This document shows positions 1-12,700 of a stretch of DNA of 64,000 bases, one piece after another. The translations under genes and the position numbers were made by a program. Where the stretch lies: the NCBI GenBank assembly GCA_000708835.1, contig DF237180.1:1-64000 (forward strand), written 5' to 3'. This DNA is from Klebsormidium nitens (lineage: Eukaryota; Plantae; Klebsormidiophyceae). Each line of letters begins with the position of its first letter. Within the stretch, counting starts at the first letter, position 1. The notes under the pieces are model-generated. The model had not been told where the DNA came from and made no database searches. It saw only the letters and a program-made list of their open reading frames with translations.

Positions 1-696
1 AGAACGTTTCATTGGTTGCAAGAGAAGCTCTATTGTATCCCTGCAGCGGAGGATCACGTGACATTCGGGAAACTGCATGTCAAGCTGTGAAATGGAGCGG
101 AGTCTTTTCTCAGAGGCCGCATCCACCAATCGAGGACGGAACATGGATGTATGATTAGTCGATACATTCGGTCTTTGAAAGCCAGATATAAACGTTTCAT
201 GCCATGCATCCTAGCACAAATGGTGATGCTTCTTTGTACATAGGAGGCCTGTAGTAGGGGTTTAAAACTTTCCTGACGTCTTGTATGGGACTTTGACGAG
301 TCATATGGATGTAGCTAGCGGAAAAGGCATTTTCCGATTTGAGCGTTGACGGCAAGTCGAGCAAAAGTTTGACAGCTATTTGTCGTCCTAGGTATGTCAC
401 TGCTTATTTGGTTGGGTTTCCGACATCTCAAGACTGGTCAAAGCTTATGATGCCTAGGCATCATACAACCGTTGGGCTTATCATTCTGATTTTCGGAGAT
501 ATGTCCTTGCATGCAAAGGAGAAGCCAATCTTGTGACTATGATTCATGCATGTGCTAAGGTAGCAGTCCATGCATGATCGATCGCCATGCGTAACATGAC
601 TATATCTGCATTCAATGTTGTACGGCTCTTTAAGCTAACACATGGATACTCTGCCGGCCATCTGGCACCTTGTCCGAGTTTGCCAAAAGAACTTAC

Positions 697-825
697 TAGG
701 TAGCATATGTGACCAAGCTGAACACCCCCGTTGCGGAGCCGAAAATCTGGACTAACAGCATAGAGCTGGCGGGCAAACACATGGTTAACTACGAAGTCGG
801 TCGGCGAGTACAGGTTGCTGGCCCG
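697..825 (-). CDS. Isolated probable exon (RASNLYSPTDFVVNHVFARQLYAVSPDFRLRNGGVQLGHICYL) of an unresolved minus-strand gene that continues toward the left edge
   Basis: Bounded by TGTAG acceptor and GTAAGT donor; 129 nt, phase 0-0, no stop. Another CTGCAG acceptor with an open frame occurs near position 45. Could not be linked to other exons. Confidence 0.3.
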
Positions 826-2304
826 CTACAAGCATGACCAAACCTGAGACCGAGCAAGTGTCTTGCACTCCGGGCCATGAGTACGCTGCCAAGTCCTTCA
901 GTCATACGGGGATGTAACCAATTACGGACCCATATGAGAGCCAGAGTTGAAGAAGGAACGGAACCATGCAGCCATGCTTCTGACAAGCTAGGCTTCTTGC
1001 AGGCACTATAAACTCTACGAACTTCCTCATGACCTCTCTTCTTAAAGCCACGAATTTATCAAATGGAGTCTGGGAGTCTCTGGCTTCTACCACAACACCG
1101 AGTAAACTGGAGGGGTCAAAATGGATCTCAGAACTTAACCTGCAGTCCTTCCAAATGAAAACAATCATGTTGACGTGTTAAATTGCAACGCTTTGCCGTC
1201 ATCCTGAACTACCTGAGCTTTCAGGCAAGTTCCTGTCCTGCAAACAAAACAAGCAAGGAGTAGGTCAGAAAGTATTTCGCAGCATAGGAGGTGACAGAAG
1301 GAGGCACTGTAGCGGCTGACGACTAGTCGGACAACTTATGTGCCCTTCGGAAGAAGCACAGGAGGAAGAGTCAGCACAACACAACGAAGCAGCGAAGTCC
1401 TCAATCCACGACGACTACAGGAGAGGTGATCAAGTGCCTCTTTGTTGCAGCAGAAAGGCCCAGCATCCTTCCACGAGCTATCGAAGCGAGAATCCTCTGA
1501 AGACCCACGTTCTGGCTTGGACGAATAAGCCCCAGGATGATCATTACCAGTTGGATCTTCAGGAAACAAAGCACAGTTACCCTGACCTCGTAACAGTGGA
1601 CCCGTACAAACGGTATCTCGGGAGTAAGTTCAAACGGATCGCATGGCCTTCGAAGAACCTGCCAAAGACTACGACTGCCAGAGGCTACTGCCCTCTTATT
1701 GCCAGAACTCTAGTGAGTGCATATGAAGCCCTTCAAAGATTGAAAAGTGCTCACAAAAACCACTCAAGTCTTTATCCTCCGAGTCTGACCTTGCCTCCTT
1801 TCCGGAGTAGCAGTAATCGAACTCACCTTCTTTTGGCTGCTTGTATGTGCCGTTGCTTGAGAGTTGGCTTCTTGCGGGACTGCAGGGAGGACGAAGGCTG
1901 CTTTTGATTGACCCGTTTTCCAAGGAAGGCCTGTCTTTTGCTGATGTCTTACAGCTAGTCATCCGCCTCGAGTTGTAGAAGCAAACTTTCGGAGGCTTGA
2001 AGCGGTTCAGAGATGAAAGCGTACTTCGACATTAGTGGACAGGCAAGGTGCCTAGAAAGCTGATTACACAAGCTGCTTCATGTTAGCAGCCTGACAAGTG
2101 ATGCAGAACTCTGATGTCGCTCAGAAATGTCCATCAATCTCATGCTGGCTGGAATGCGCAGGATGGGCAGTAAACAACGAGTCTCATAGAACCTGACGAG
2201 CGACTAGAGCTATCAAGTTTTAAATGCTGGCAACATATTCAGCAGCGAGAACGACCGAACGCAGCACTTCCGCCCAAAACGGAATATCCCCGCACTTGAC
2301 CCAC

Positions 2305-3377
2305 CTGTCTGACGTCATGACTCCCAGCTGAGTCTCGCCCTGAGTCGCCACGGGCTCCTCCATCTTCCCGATCCTGCAGCGCGGAAAAACGTCATACCGT
2401 CTCCACTTCTTTAAGTCGATTCAAGTAAGGAGCTTCTCACCATCAAACGCTCAGCGGAGCCCTTCAAAAGCGCGACAAGCGAGTGGGGCTTCCGGTTGCT
2501 TGGTGTGCTGAGAGCCCTTTACCCTACAACAGGTTTGAAACCAGAAAAAGGACTTCCAGCAGGATTTCTGTATCTGCACTGCTCATCTTTTGAACACAAG
2601 AAGGAGGCGGGTTGGTCTCAAAGAAAGAGACGCTCCTCCGACCTGGACCGACGCTCCGAACTCACCGATTGCCGTTCTGCTCAACGACACGAATCGCGTC
2701 ACCGCTTTTTCCCTCCGGGTCGTCTGCCGAGTCCCGATCCTTGAGTCCCTGAAATGAATACTCGGTTGGAGGCCAAGGCTCAAGGAAAATGTTTTGCTAC
2801 TTGCCCTATGTTCGAGGAGCAGAGGCTTTCTGCTGTGCTGAGCTTTTCAGGGCAAGTGTGCACAGCTCCGAACAAGCTCACGTGACTTTGATCCCTTGGC
2901 CTGTTCCCTTGCTTACCTCATTGTTAGTCCCAGCATTGTTGTCGGCGTCTTGGTGCACGTGCATGTTCGGAGCAGCTGCAGGTCCAGGCAGGAGTGGGGA
3001 AACCTGCGATTCAAGTGCTAGCCCTGAGGGTGCATGTAGGAGTATCGTGCAAGTTGAGAATCTGTCATCAATGTGAAACTTCTTTCCTCCAAATGTCGAC
3101 AGTACGCGCAGCAGGATATGGAGGAGCCAAGAAGAGCAAGAAAGCCTGCAGGAAGCAGACGGACAAACGGAGCACACCTGCCTGAAATACTGTTAATACA
3201 CGTTCAAAAGCTCACCGGAGTGAAATACCAGAGTGCAAAAACGAGCGATGTGTGGGCCCCGAGGTAGCCAAAAGATGTTGGCAGATAGATCAGCCAATCC
3301 AGCTGGTAGCCGACAATGCAGAAGGTGCCGACAAACCCTGCAGCCAGATGGAGCGCTGCTGACATGGTTCCATGCCG
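2305..3377 (-). CDS. Chain of probable exons: hydrophobic/TM segment followed by an acidic hydrophilic segment; continuation of the 5671 membrane gene or a separate gene
   Basis: Exons 3377-3216 (RHGTMSAALHLAAGFVGTFCIVGYQLDWLIYLPTSFGYLGAHTSLVFALWYFTP), one starting 3145 (AFLLFLAPPY..., end uncertain), 3003-2917, 2748-2666, 2373-2305. AG/GT boundaries present; phases agree for the last three. Confidence 0.4.
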
Positions 3378-3714
3378 CTATTCTCGCCTGCAAAGGTGCA
3401 GATCAACAAACTGTCAACGTGTGCCTCGAAAGAAAACTGAATCTTGCAGAAAGCAAAGCAAGGGGATGACAAAAGTAGGACCGCCCTGTATCTGGCCTAG
3501 GGCTAAGGACCAGTTGACGAGCAAATCTGCTCTACTGCAGATTCAACTCCTGCTCGTTGGCAGGCACAAAGCAACAGGTGGCTGCATCATATGGCAAGCC
3601 ATCGATGCAAACAGACCGCGTTTTAGACTTTCTTCTGAGGACTCCTCCACCGCTTCTGCTCAGTGACCATCTGAAGACCGAAAAAGGAGGGAGTGCTCAG
3701 AGAAGGAAAATTAC

Positions 3715-5671
3715 CGTCAGGCTGGCGCCGCTCCTCAGTGTCACTAAGAGCCATTGAGGTAGCAAATACGGCAGCGGGGAGGACGGATAAACCAAAAGTG
3801 ATGGGTGAGGAAAGTGCAGCACTGAAAGTGGGAGATGGACGGTGCAGAATGTGTGTCGTTTGGTTGGACGGTGAAAGGGGGGGAAGCTGGAGAGAGAGAA
3901 TGGAAGCCACTGCATTAGCTAGTGCGTCAGCTTCTGCAGGATCTGACGTGATGTTAGCGAGGGTCGGCGTCAGCCAGGAGACGAGCTCCTTGGCTGGATG
4001 GTGTGTGATGGTGACATTGCTCAGGCAGGAAAGAAGATCCTGAGCAAGGGCTTCCGCAGGAGTGACGGAACTTAAGTGTGTAAGGTGGAGGTAGGTGATG
4101 GGTGCTACAGAGAAGTAGGTCGCTGCCCAGCCAGCAGACCCAACTGTACGTCAAGCAAACACTTTGTCAGCTCCTTCAACTCAACAGATTCGGCATCCCC
4201 GCTTGTTAGTCAAGGACAAGAGACTCTACATATTTCACGTGACAAGGGAGCACCTCCAAGGAGAGCACGCTCCCAGGTGATGAAGCAGCATGCAGCGGCA
4301 ATGAGCAAAAGATGACTTGAAAAGCTCCAACTTAAGGCAATGTATTAGCAAGTACACACAAAAGAGGAGGTCAGGCTGAACTCACTCATGAAGTACAGGA
4401 TGAGAGTATAAATGTTCGTATCCTGCAAGATACACAAGCCACATTCTAATAGCGCCTGACCATAGCACTTTGGACAAGAACTTCAAGAGCTTGGATGATG
4501 CAGGGAGCTGATTGGATCCAAGAGTTCCTTGAGTCAATTTTAGGTTGCTCTAATGCGAAGGAAGCAATTTACTCGTCCAATGGATACTTGCCTTCCACCA
4601 GCGCGACATAAGAGCTGCAGCACCCTGAGTGTAAGTAATTAAAGCTGTTGCCAGCAGCCATCCAGTGGTAGCTGCCTCAGTCTTGGACAGGTCCATATGA
4701 GAGTGGCTGAGAATGAGAGCCAGCATGAAGATGAAGTATAGTCCCGCGACTGTGCTGGACCCCAACAGGAACCGCAGGCTGCTGTTGGCTGCGGTCTCTG
4801 CAATAAGACAGCCAGAGTCAGAATAAGATCAGATTATATTGCAAGTCTTTCCTCAAACAATAATGGACAGAACACAAATTCTGAATCACCACTGCAATCA
4901 AAGCACAGCAGCAGCAAAAATAGCAAGCAGTATCAGAGGGTACTTACCAGCAGCATATGCAACCCTCATTGATGAGACACACCCGAACCAAGTAGCCGGC
5001 ATGCTCATGACGCCAATGGTCACATATACGGCCGCGCTAGCAAAGAACTCATATGGCCTGGCGGTGATGCCGGCCACGCTCGCCTGGAAACACATGATCC
5101 AGATTGCGGCCTGGACGTTCCGCCACACTCGATCTGCAGCAAACCAAGCAGCCATGCAATAAGCAAACGACAATCTTGCCAAGTCGACTTTTTAAAATCC
5201 TGGAACAGAGTTGTCCATTGCAAAAACTTCGTATTAAACAGCTGTGCGAAAAGCCATGTGTTGCCCTAAGATGCTTGAATTCAGCTTCATTATGACCACT
5301 TGCATGCTTGTCAGGAAAGCCAGATGTTTTAGAAAATGCAGGTGGTGTTAGTGTCTTAGTCCTAGCCTTTAATGACACTGCCAGCATGAATGTACTGATG
5401 GTTCGCGCCTGAGAATACAAGATGAAGCAGAATCAACAAAGGGGCCACGGCAAGCCAACTTGCAAGTTGAGTACTTACTAACAGTGCTCGTCCGCTCCTT
5501 GGCAATCAAGAGGAAGAGGGGGTACCCGAGCAGCAGCATTAGGAAAAGGTAGATAGGTTTAGCAAACCATGTCTCAGTAAACTCTTGCCACCGCTTCGTC
5601 GCAATGCTTTGCACCTGTGCACTGTTCTGTTTCTTCTCCGCAACATGCTTGATATTTCCGCGCAGCGCCAT
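3715..5671 (-). CDS. Multi-exon gene for an uncharacterised multi-pass membrane protein (3' end unresolved)
   Basis: ATG 5671 with an in-frame TAA just upstream. Exons 5671-5479, 5133-4948, 4797-4588, 4422-4386, 4330-4254, 4143-3715 join with consistent phases (1,1,1,2,1). Several hydrophobic helices, e.g. PIYLFLMLLLGYPLFLLIA, VAGLYFIFMLALIL, HLLLIAAACCFITW. No family recognised. Confidence 0.55.
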
Positions 5672-5936
5672 TTACGTTGCAACTGCTTCAACGTGGGCAA
5701 ACCTTGGGACGTTCCAAGCTGGGGGCTCTGCCTTCTGCCGCTGGAGACTCTGCTTATGCTGCAACAAGCAGGCAGCCACTGCTCCTCAGGTAGTTACATA
5801 GGAGCAAGATTCCTACCTTGGACTGCACCTCTAGCAAGCACAGTAAGTGCGCACGAGCGGCGCGTGAGCACTAGCTAAAAGCTGAGAATGCTAGAGCACA
5901 AAATCTCTGGCTGCTGGTCGCTAAGAGCGCCTCAAG

Positions 5937-6627
5937 GCTCAAGATCGCTGAATGCTGAAAGCTGGAATCTGGAAATGTGAGAGACTTTGCAACTTCGTGA
6001 GCACGAAATCACAATCTGATCACAAGGCACAAGCCTTGTGATCAGGAAATTGCAACTTGGCATGTGCCAGTTGATGGGGCAAAACGCCAAGAAACGCGCG
6101 AATATTCGAAGTCGTCTGGACTTGCTCACTTTCTTCCGTCCGATGTGCCATTGTGGAGCGATCGACGGCTTCGAAGACTGGTGACGTGCCCAGAATGTCA
6201 CTGAGGACGGTGCAACCCACGTCGAAAGTCGACTGGACTGCAAGTAAAGCGGGGTATTTCGATGCGGTCTAATTTCGAATCTTCAGGAAGTGCCCCTCTG
6301 ACACGTAGGTAACCGCCAAGCTTCATCGTAGCCGTTCTCAAATATCCGACGGTGCAGATAATCGCAAGCAATGCCATGTCAGCAGATGTTCCATGGCTTT
6401 GTTCAAAGTTGGCGCGCGTGGGAGAAGTAACATGCTGTCTGCTCAGACAGTGCACATTAGTGCACATCTGAGTGACTTCGCAGCTTCAACACAACACCCT
6501 TGACCAGACTACAGTCTACCGGTACTAAGGATAGTGCAAGCTCGCACTGCCGCACTGCCAGCAGTGCATCTCTCAACACTTACACATTCGCTTTCACAAG
6601 CTTTCAGCGCTTCAGCGATCTTCGAGC
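5937..6627. repeat. Imperfect inverted repeat pair (5937-5963 / 6599-6627) bounding the divergent intergenic region
   Basis: AGCTTTCAGCGCTTCAGCGATCTTCGAGC (+, 6599-6627) versus AGCTTTCAGCA-TTCAGCGATCTT-GAGC (-, 5963-5937). Confidence 0.7.
6016..6045. other. Perfect 13-bp-stem hairpin/cruciform
   Basis: CTGATCACAAGGC-ACAA-GCCTTGTGATCAG. Confidence 0.85.
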
Positions 6628-6734
6628 GCCCTTCCAGCGAGTTTGAGCTTTCGTTAGCGATTCTGCTTTCAGCGCCCCCACGCGCCCTCAGCAGCGCCGC
6701 TTTCTGCGGTTACCTGCCACCATTAGCAGCAGCC

Positions 6735-8596
6735 ATGGCTTCGCTGCAGTCTGCGCGCAGGCCAGGGGCTCCTTGCACCAGCCCTCGGAGGGCGCCCTGG
6801 ACATGCTCGAGCATGGACCGTTCACAGTCAGCACTCCGAGCGGTAAGTCTAGCAGAGCACACAGCAACTTGAGGCGCTTGAGGCGCTAAAAGGAAATAGT
6901 GCAGTTGTAGACTAAGTTTGTTTGGCGCTGGCTTCAGAGTGTTGAGAAGAAGATGACTTTCAAAATGGGTATCTTTAATAAAAGTGACTTCCTGCTCAAG
7001 CAGCCAGGGTATTCGAAAGTAGACAGCATTGTCATTCTTCAGGAAGTCATGAACCTAGGTGTTGTATCTTTGATGCTTTTGGGAAGAACACAGTGAAGCA
7101 CATGGACTGCCACATTAAGTAATCGGCTTCAGTTGTGGCAGCACTCAAAACCTTAGTACCCTATTAGAAGCTGAACTCAGAGACAATACATGTTCGTCTC
7201 TTTCATGTTGCCTCTGGGAAGGCATACTCATTGGAACGTCGGCAGCTACCTCTGTTTGTCCCTTTTGTTGTCAAACAAACCCCCTTCTTCAGCCTGTTGA
7301 CTTGAGCCTGATCTTTTCTGTGTGTTGTAGAACTTCACTTTCATTCAGAACAGTCACCCTTTGCAGCTTCCAATCTGCATCTGGCAGTGCTTGCGGTCCT
7401 TTTGAACAAAATCGAACAAAACACCTCTGCACCCCCAAACACTTCACTAACCCCACATCAACTTCCTCTCTGCAGCCCGCCATCCCCCCCTATCGGCGCT
7501 CGACCTCCGCCCTCCCCAAACCTGTCCAGGCCCCCTCCAGCCTCCGCCCCATCAGGACAAAACCCGCGCACCCCGTCTCTCCCGCCACCAGCCTCCGCAT
7601 GATCCCCGAGCACTCCCCCTGCTCGTTCAGCTCAGGCAGCAGCCCGTTCAGCATCACATCCCCCACATCGAGCATCGACCCGATCCCATGGGATGCCGCG
7701 CCCTTCATTGGGCTGGCAGAGGTGGAGGCGCGCAGGCGGCGGGAGTCCCTCGAGGCGGCGCTGAGGAACAGGAAGGTCTTCAGGCCTGCGGGGGTTGCGG
7801 GGAAGGGCACCCACAGGAGGGCGGAGCTGCCGGCGCGGCCGCAGCCGTCCCCGCCCAAGTTCCAGGAGTTTCACCTCAGGACGGAGGTCAGTTGCAAACA
7901 AGCCCTGAAAATGCGGATTTCCTTCTTTTGAACCCAGGGCTCTCTCAAGAACAGATATAATGCACAGTAATCTGGGATGTGATGATTACTCTTGAAAGAT
8001 CAGTTTAGGTTGGTGAAGACATCTCTTCATTGCAGACAAAGAATTGTATGGGAATTGTCTTTGCTTCTGAGCAGACTCTGAGTTGCTGTTTCTCTCTACC
8101 TATTTTGAAACTGGCCAGATCTGACAACACCTTCTCCTGTTTCCAGGTGAAGGGCGCTGCGGCGCAGGCGGAGGTGGCGCGGAAGCGCGCGCTCAAGGAG
8201 GTGTGCATCCAGCTGGAGGCCAACCGCTTCCGCGCCACGCCTGCGCCGGATTCGCTGAAGCGCGGGCCGCCCGTGGTGAGCTCTTGCACTGTCTCTCGAG
8301 AATGCCTTCAAACTGTCTGCCTAATAGCCGCTATGCAGCTGAGGACGTCTTGATTCCAAGCAAGTTTATTTGTGATCGTGGCATCTAGCGTGAACCTTTT
8401 GAAATAGCAGAAGAAGGAAGGGGAACTTAGGGAATCAAAGTAGTGCAGAGTAGAATCATATATCGGCTTGTTGACATTCATCTTCTCTTTGCAGATCTTG
8501 ACACGGACGTCTCCTCTGAGACGGGCGGCCCTGCGGCGGCAGGCGGCAGGGGCATGTGGCAGGACGGCAGTAGCAGGCACTAGAACACGGCAGTAG
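6735..8596 (+). CDS. TPX2-like microtubule-associated protein (~249 aa, 4 exons)
   Basis: join(6735-6842,7476-7886,8147-8275,8495-8596), all phase 0 with GT-AG. Motifs PKFQEFHLRTE and ANRFRATPAP resemble the TPX2 C-terminal EFHLRT / FKA.P.P motifs. Confidence 0.65.
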
Positions 8597-9718
8597 TGTA
8601 AAGCCATACACGTAGTTGACCACATTGCGCAGGCACTGCAGCGGCAGGGCCTGCAAAATTTAGGTTTCAGATTACCTCTAGTTGATCAACGGAACTGCTT
8701 GCGTTAGATACAGACTGCTTGCCTGCTACTGCCATAGCTTAGAAACTATCAACTGAAAGGTCGAACTTTGTCCTGCCACAGTAACTTAATCTGCCCCTGC
8801 CCCTCCACATTGTTCTCCTGGCTTTTAAGTACTCGAGGCCATCGTTGCGCATGACTTGGAAGACTGCAGATCCGGCCGGCCTGAAATGCATCATGAAGCG
8901 TCGTGATGCACTCATGCATGCCGTTCACCGAGTGCCATTGATTGAAGTACGTTTCATGCATTGCTTCATCGATCCGATCAAAGGATCTTCGATCTTTCAA
9001 AGGGTTTATGATCGTACGTCCTCAAAAGACTATGATACATTATCAACTCGTCGCCGTGGCCACGCGGCGACGAGTGGAGCATGAAGTCCGGACTTCATGC
9101 TTGCAAGCCTATAATGATGTAGTGCGCAACCTATTGGCCTGGCCGTGCGGCGCGCCATGTAAATCTGTTGTGCGGTGGGGCAAGATCCTGGCAGCTGTAC
9201 CGACGCTCAATGCATCCGACCAGAATTACTAAGCCTCGCACTCTTAAGTTGACATGTCTCTAATTGGCAAGCTAGTAGTTTAGGCGGAGTCGGACAGTGA
9301 GTTTGTCTTCACGTAATCTGAGTTTGTCACTTTTATTTGTGAGTCAGCGCGCGTGAGCAGCCTCATGCAGGATTGAAAGGTGGTTGCGAGATCCAAAATA
9401 GGCGTGAACCTGATGGGTGCAACTTACTGGCTTGTGTTCGGAAAGCGCCCTAGCCCTGAACGGCTTTATACTGGCGCTAGAGCTTGAGGATTGCACGCCC
9501 CAAAGAATAGCTTTTTTGACTATGATGGCCGCTAATTGTAAGATATCTTCGACGACCCAGTAATGTGCACAAACTCACTAGACAGCGCAACATCTCGAAC
9601 CTCTCTACACATCAATATGCATTTCTGCAACGGGTCAGGCTAGATCAATACACTACAACATACTTTGAGATATAACCCTTGGCTGCGCGTTGAATTTTGC
9701 ACCAATCTGGATTCAGAT

Positions 9719-12700
9719 TCAAGACGACTCAAGCGAGGCCATCCCCTTTTTCTTCATGCTAACTTGCATGATGCTTGCTGTCAAAGTCATGATCATCTTG
9801 GGCCGCACCTGCGCACCAAAATAAAAACCGAAGGCGTTGCTAGTATGTCTTAACAGATCCAAGAGTCTGTTATAGTTGTTACGAAGTGGCAACCATTCAA
9901 GCTTTCTTTCGATCGCACTCCCCAGGCTGCAGGCCATGCTCCTCTTATCCGCAGTTCGCTCGGTCTGTGCAAAAGCGATTGCTAGCAATCCAATCAAGAG
10001 AATACTCCCTTCACGCTTTGTGTTTGCATCACATTCCACTTCAGCGGCTTACGAGCCAATCGTTACGCCTATCGCCTCTCGCCCTCTTCTCATCGTTACC
10101 ACAGGACCTACGCTACTTTCCTTGTCAATTAACCCAGTCTAATATCACACAAAACGACTCGAGCAAGCAACGAGCCTCACCTCCACAATGTCATCCCAGA
10201 GCAGGAAGATGGAGCACCCCAGCTTCCGCGCGACGCTGACGATGTACTTGGCGTTCGACTCCTTGTCCTCTTGCGTCTGCCCGGCGGTGACGAGGTACCA
10301 GTTGACCACCCGCGGCTCGATGGCGCTCAGGAGGTCCAGGAAGAACTGCCCGCTGGACAGGCTCTTGTCCTGCGGCCACACAACGAGCTCTGCTAAGTTG
10401 CGAGCTACAGAAGCTTTGGGTCTGTGGAGGATCCGACCCCGATCTGTGGAACTTTGCTTTCAGCAGATGCGAAAGAATGGATGTTCTGTCTCCGCTTGTT
10501 TCTGCTTCTCATCCTTTTCCGCAAGGTGTCTCCAAGGGGAACTGAGGAAGCGGGCAGGAGTCACCTCTGAATCCTGAATGCCTCCTTTCAAGGCAATGAG
10601 CAGCCGGCTCCAAGCATGACCATCGCGGATAAGACGAATCTAGACCCGCGTCGTTTTTAACGACTCATGTCCGTTTTAACAATCCAAGCTTTCGGGGAAA
10701 CTTGCAGAGCAGTCAACATCCGTGTACGCTGCTTGTTAAAAAGAGAGACATCAAGACTCTGCAAGAGGCTCACCCGGAAGCTGTCCATCTTGGACGCCTT
10801 GCCCGTCGTCTTGACCTTGTCGTTGGCCCACGCCACGATCTCCGCGTCGCTCACCTCCTTGCCCTGGACCTTGAGCTTCTTCAGCATCAGCAGCAGGCTG
10901 TGCCGCATCAGCTGCCACAAGAACGCTGCGGGCAGAAAACGAGAAAACGTTTCGTCAGGACGTTTTTTGCGGTGCTTCTAGTGAGATCTAGCGAGAGCGG
11001 AATGCGCATGAGGTCGATGAAGCCCCTCGAATAAAACCTTCGCCAAGATCCAGAGACTACTGTAATTGCCTTAAAAAGTCCATGCGTAAGGACGATTTAC
11101 CCCGAAAGTGCACCTCCTTCATGTTTACGTTGAAGATAAGGCACGAATCTGATTTCCCCTGGCCTTGTCTCCACTCATTCCACGACGTTTTCTCGTTCTC
11201 AACAATCTGACACTAGGCCTCGCATCCTCTCTTTGGCCACACTCCCTCCCTGATCCTTTCCTTCTCGACCGGCGGCCTTTGTTTCCAGGGCGAACGACCC
11301 TCGTCCGTTCATTGGATCACCATGAACAAGCAAACAGAGCTGCTATACGAAGCGCGTTCTGCTCACCCAGGATGAGCTTCTTGTTCCCCTGCACGAAGTC
11401 GTTCCCGCTGACGTTGACCAGCGAGAAGCCCCAGCCCTTGCCGATCTCCACCGCGTAGTTGCAGTTCTCCACCTTCTTGAACGGCATCTTGATCGGGGGT
11501 TTGCTAACCCGCTTGAAGTTAACCACCCCGGGCTCCACCTTGTTCAGCATTTCCAGCAGTACGTACCCGTCCCGCAGATCGTCGAACACCTGGTTCACGT
11601 ACGTTTCGATGCCCAGGCTGTTGATCCACATCCGGAACGCGCGCTCCTCGCGCGAGTCGGTCTCGTCGTCGGGGAGCATCTCCGCGAACGTGACCTTGCT
11701 GTTCTCCAGGCTCAGGCCGCTCCTGCACGGGTCACGGCCTACGTCAGCTTTCTGGTTAAGGAATGTAGGAGTAGCTGCTAGGGACCGTGACGGCAAACTT
11801 GACCTTTCTGTTGTCCAGGCAGTCCCTGTAGGGTTGTGATTTGAGGATGTTGCTAACAAAAGAGGCGGTTAGTGCGACCAGGAGCCTGGTTAACCTAATG
11901 CCCAGGTGAGTGCAGGTAAAAGGGTAGAGCAAGCTTTGAAACGGTACCAAGTATTTCTTCGAAGATCCGTTTGTTTGTGTCGAACTTCGACTTGAGGCCG
12001 TTCAAGAGATGACTTTGGAAGCGTCAAAGCTGGCAGCAGCGAGATGAATTCGTAGTAAACAGACGGAGGACAGATGCAGATCGAGAACCAAAGTTTGGAG
12101 GAAGCGTACTTTCCGTCCCTACAGCGACTGCTGTAGCTATGCTGCTTTTTGGTTTGGTTCTGAGTGGAGAACTTGCAAATGACGAACGACCGTGAGACGA
12201 GAGAAGTGCGCCGCACCTGGTGTGGAAGAGGTTGGCCACGAAGGCGAGGTTGAGGTTCTGGTGCCCCTCCACGATGTCCCGCGCCTGCACGTACTTGCGC
12301 ACGTCCAGCTTCTCCGCCTGCAGCAGCAGCAGCCGCGCGCGCTCCTCGGTCGTTGCCGCTTTCAGCGGGGACAGGTCGCACACCTCGGGGGCCAGCGCGT
12401 GGAGGAGAACCGTGTACGCCTCGCCGTCCTGTCACGAGGTTTGTAAAACAGTGAGTTACGTCGGTCAGAAACCAGACACTGCTCTCTGTCCTGTCACGGG
12501 CTTTGCGACAACAGTGAGCAGAGAATCAGGCTTAATCTGGCTTTTACGGAGTATGAAGTTGAGCGCACATCTCGGAAGCTGTGTTTGATCCGCACAATTC
12601 TTTACAGATCGTTTATCCTTGGAACCTTCGTCGTCTTGCAGGCAGAAACAGGGAGACCTTAAAACAGGGTGCTTTGAATGTCGAGCTGGCTACAATCGGC

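Noticed and set aside
446-465. Perfect 20-bp palindrome TATGATGCCTAGGCATCATA
   Set aside because: Real, but a 10-pair palindrome has an appreciable chance expectation in 64 kb (about 0.06) and no supporting context.
1-6500. Degenerate retrotransposon or viral insertion (many short ORFs, TYLGRQI resembling an RT motif)
   Set aside because: No gag, RT, RNase H or integrase motif series and no LTRs; the region is better explained by phase-consistent GT-AG exons on the minus strand.
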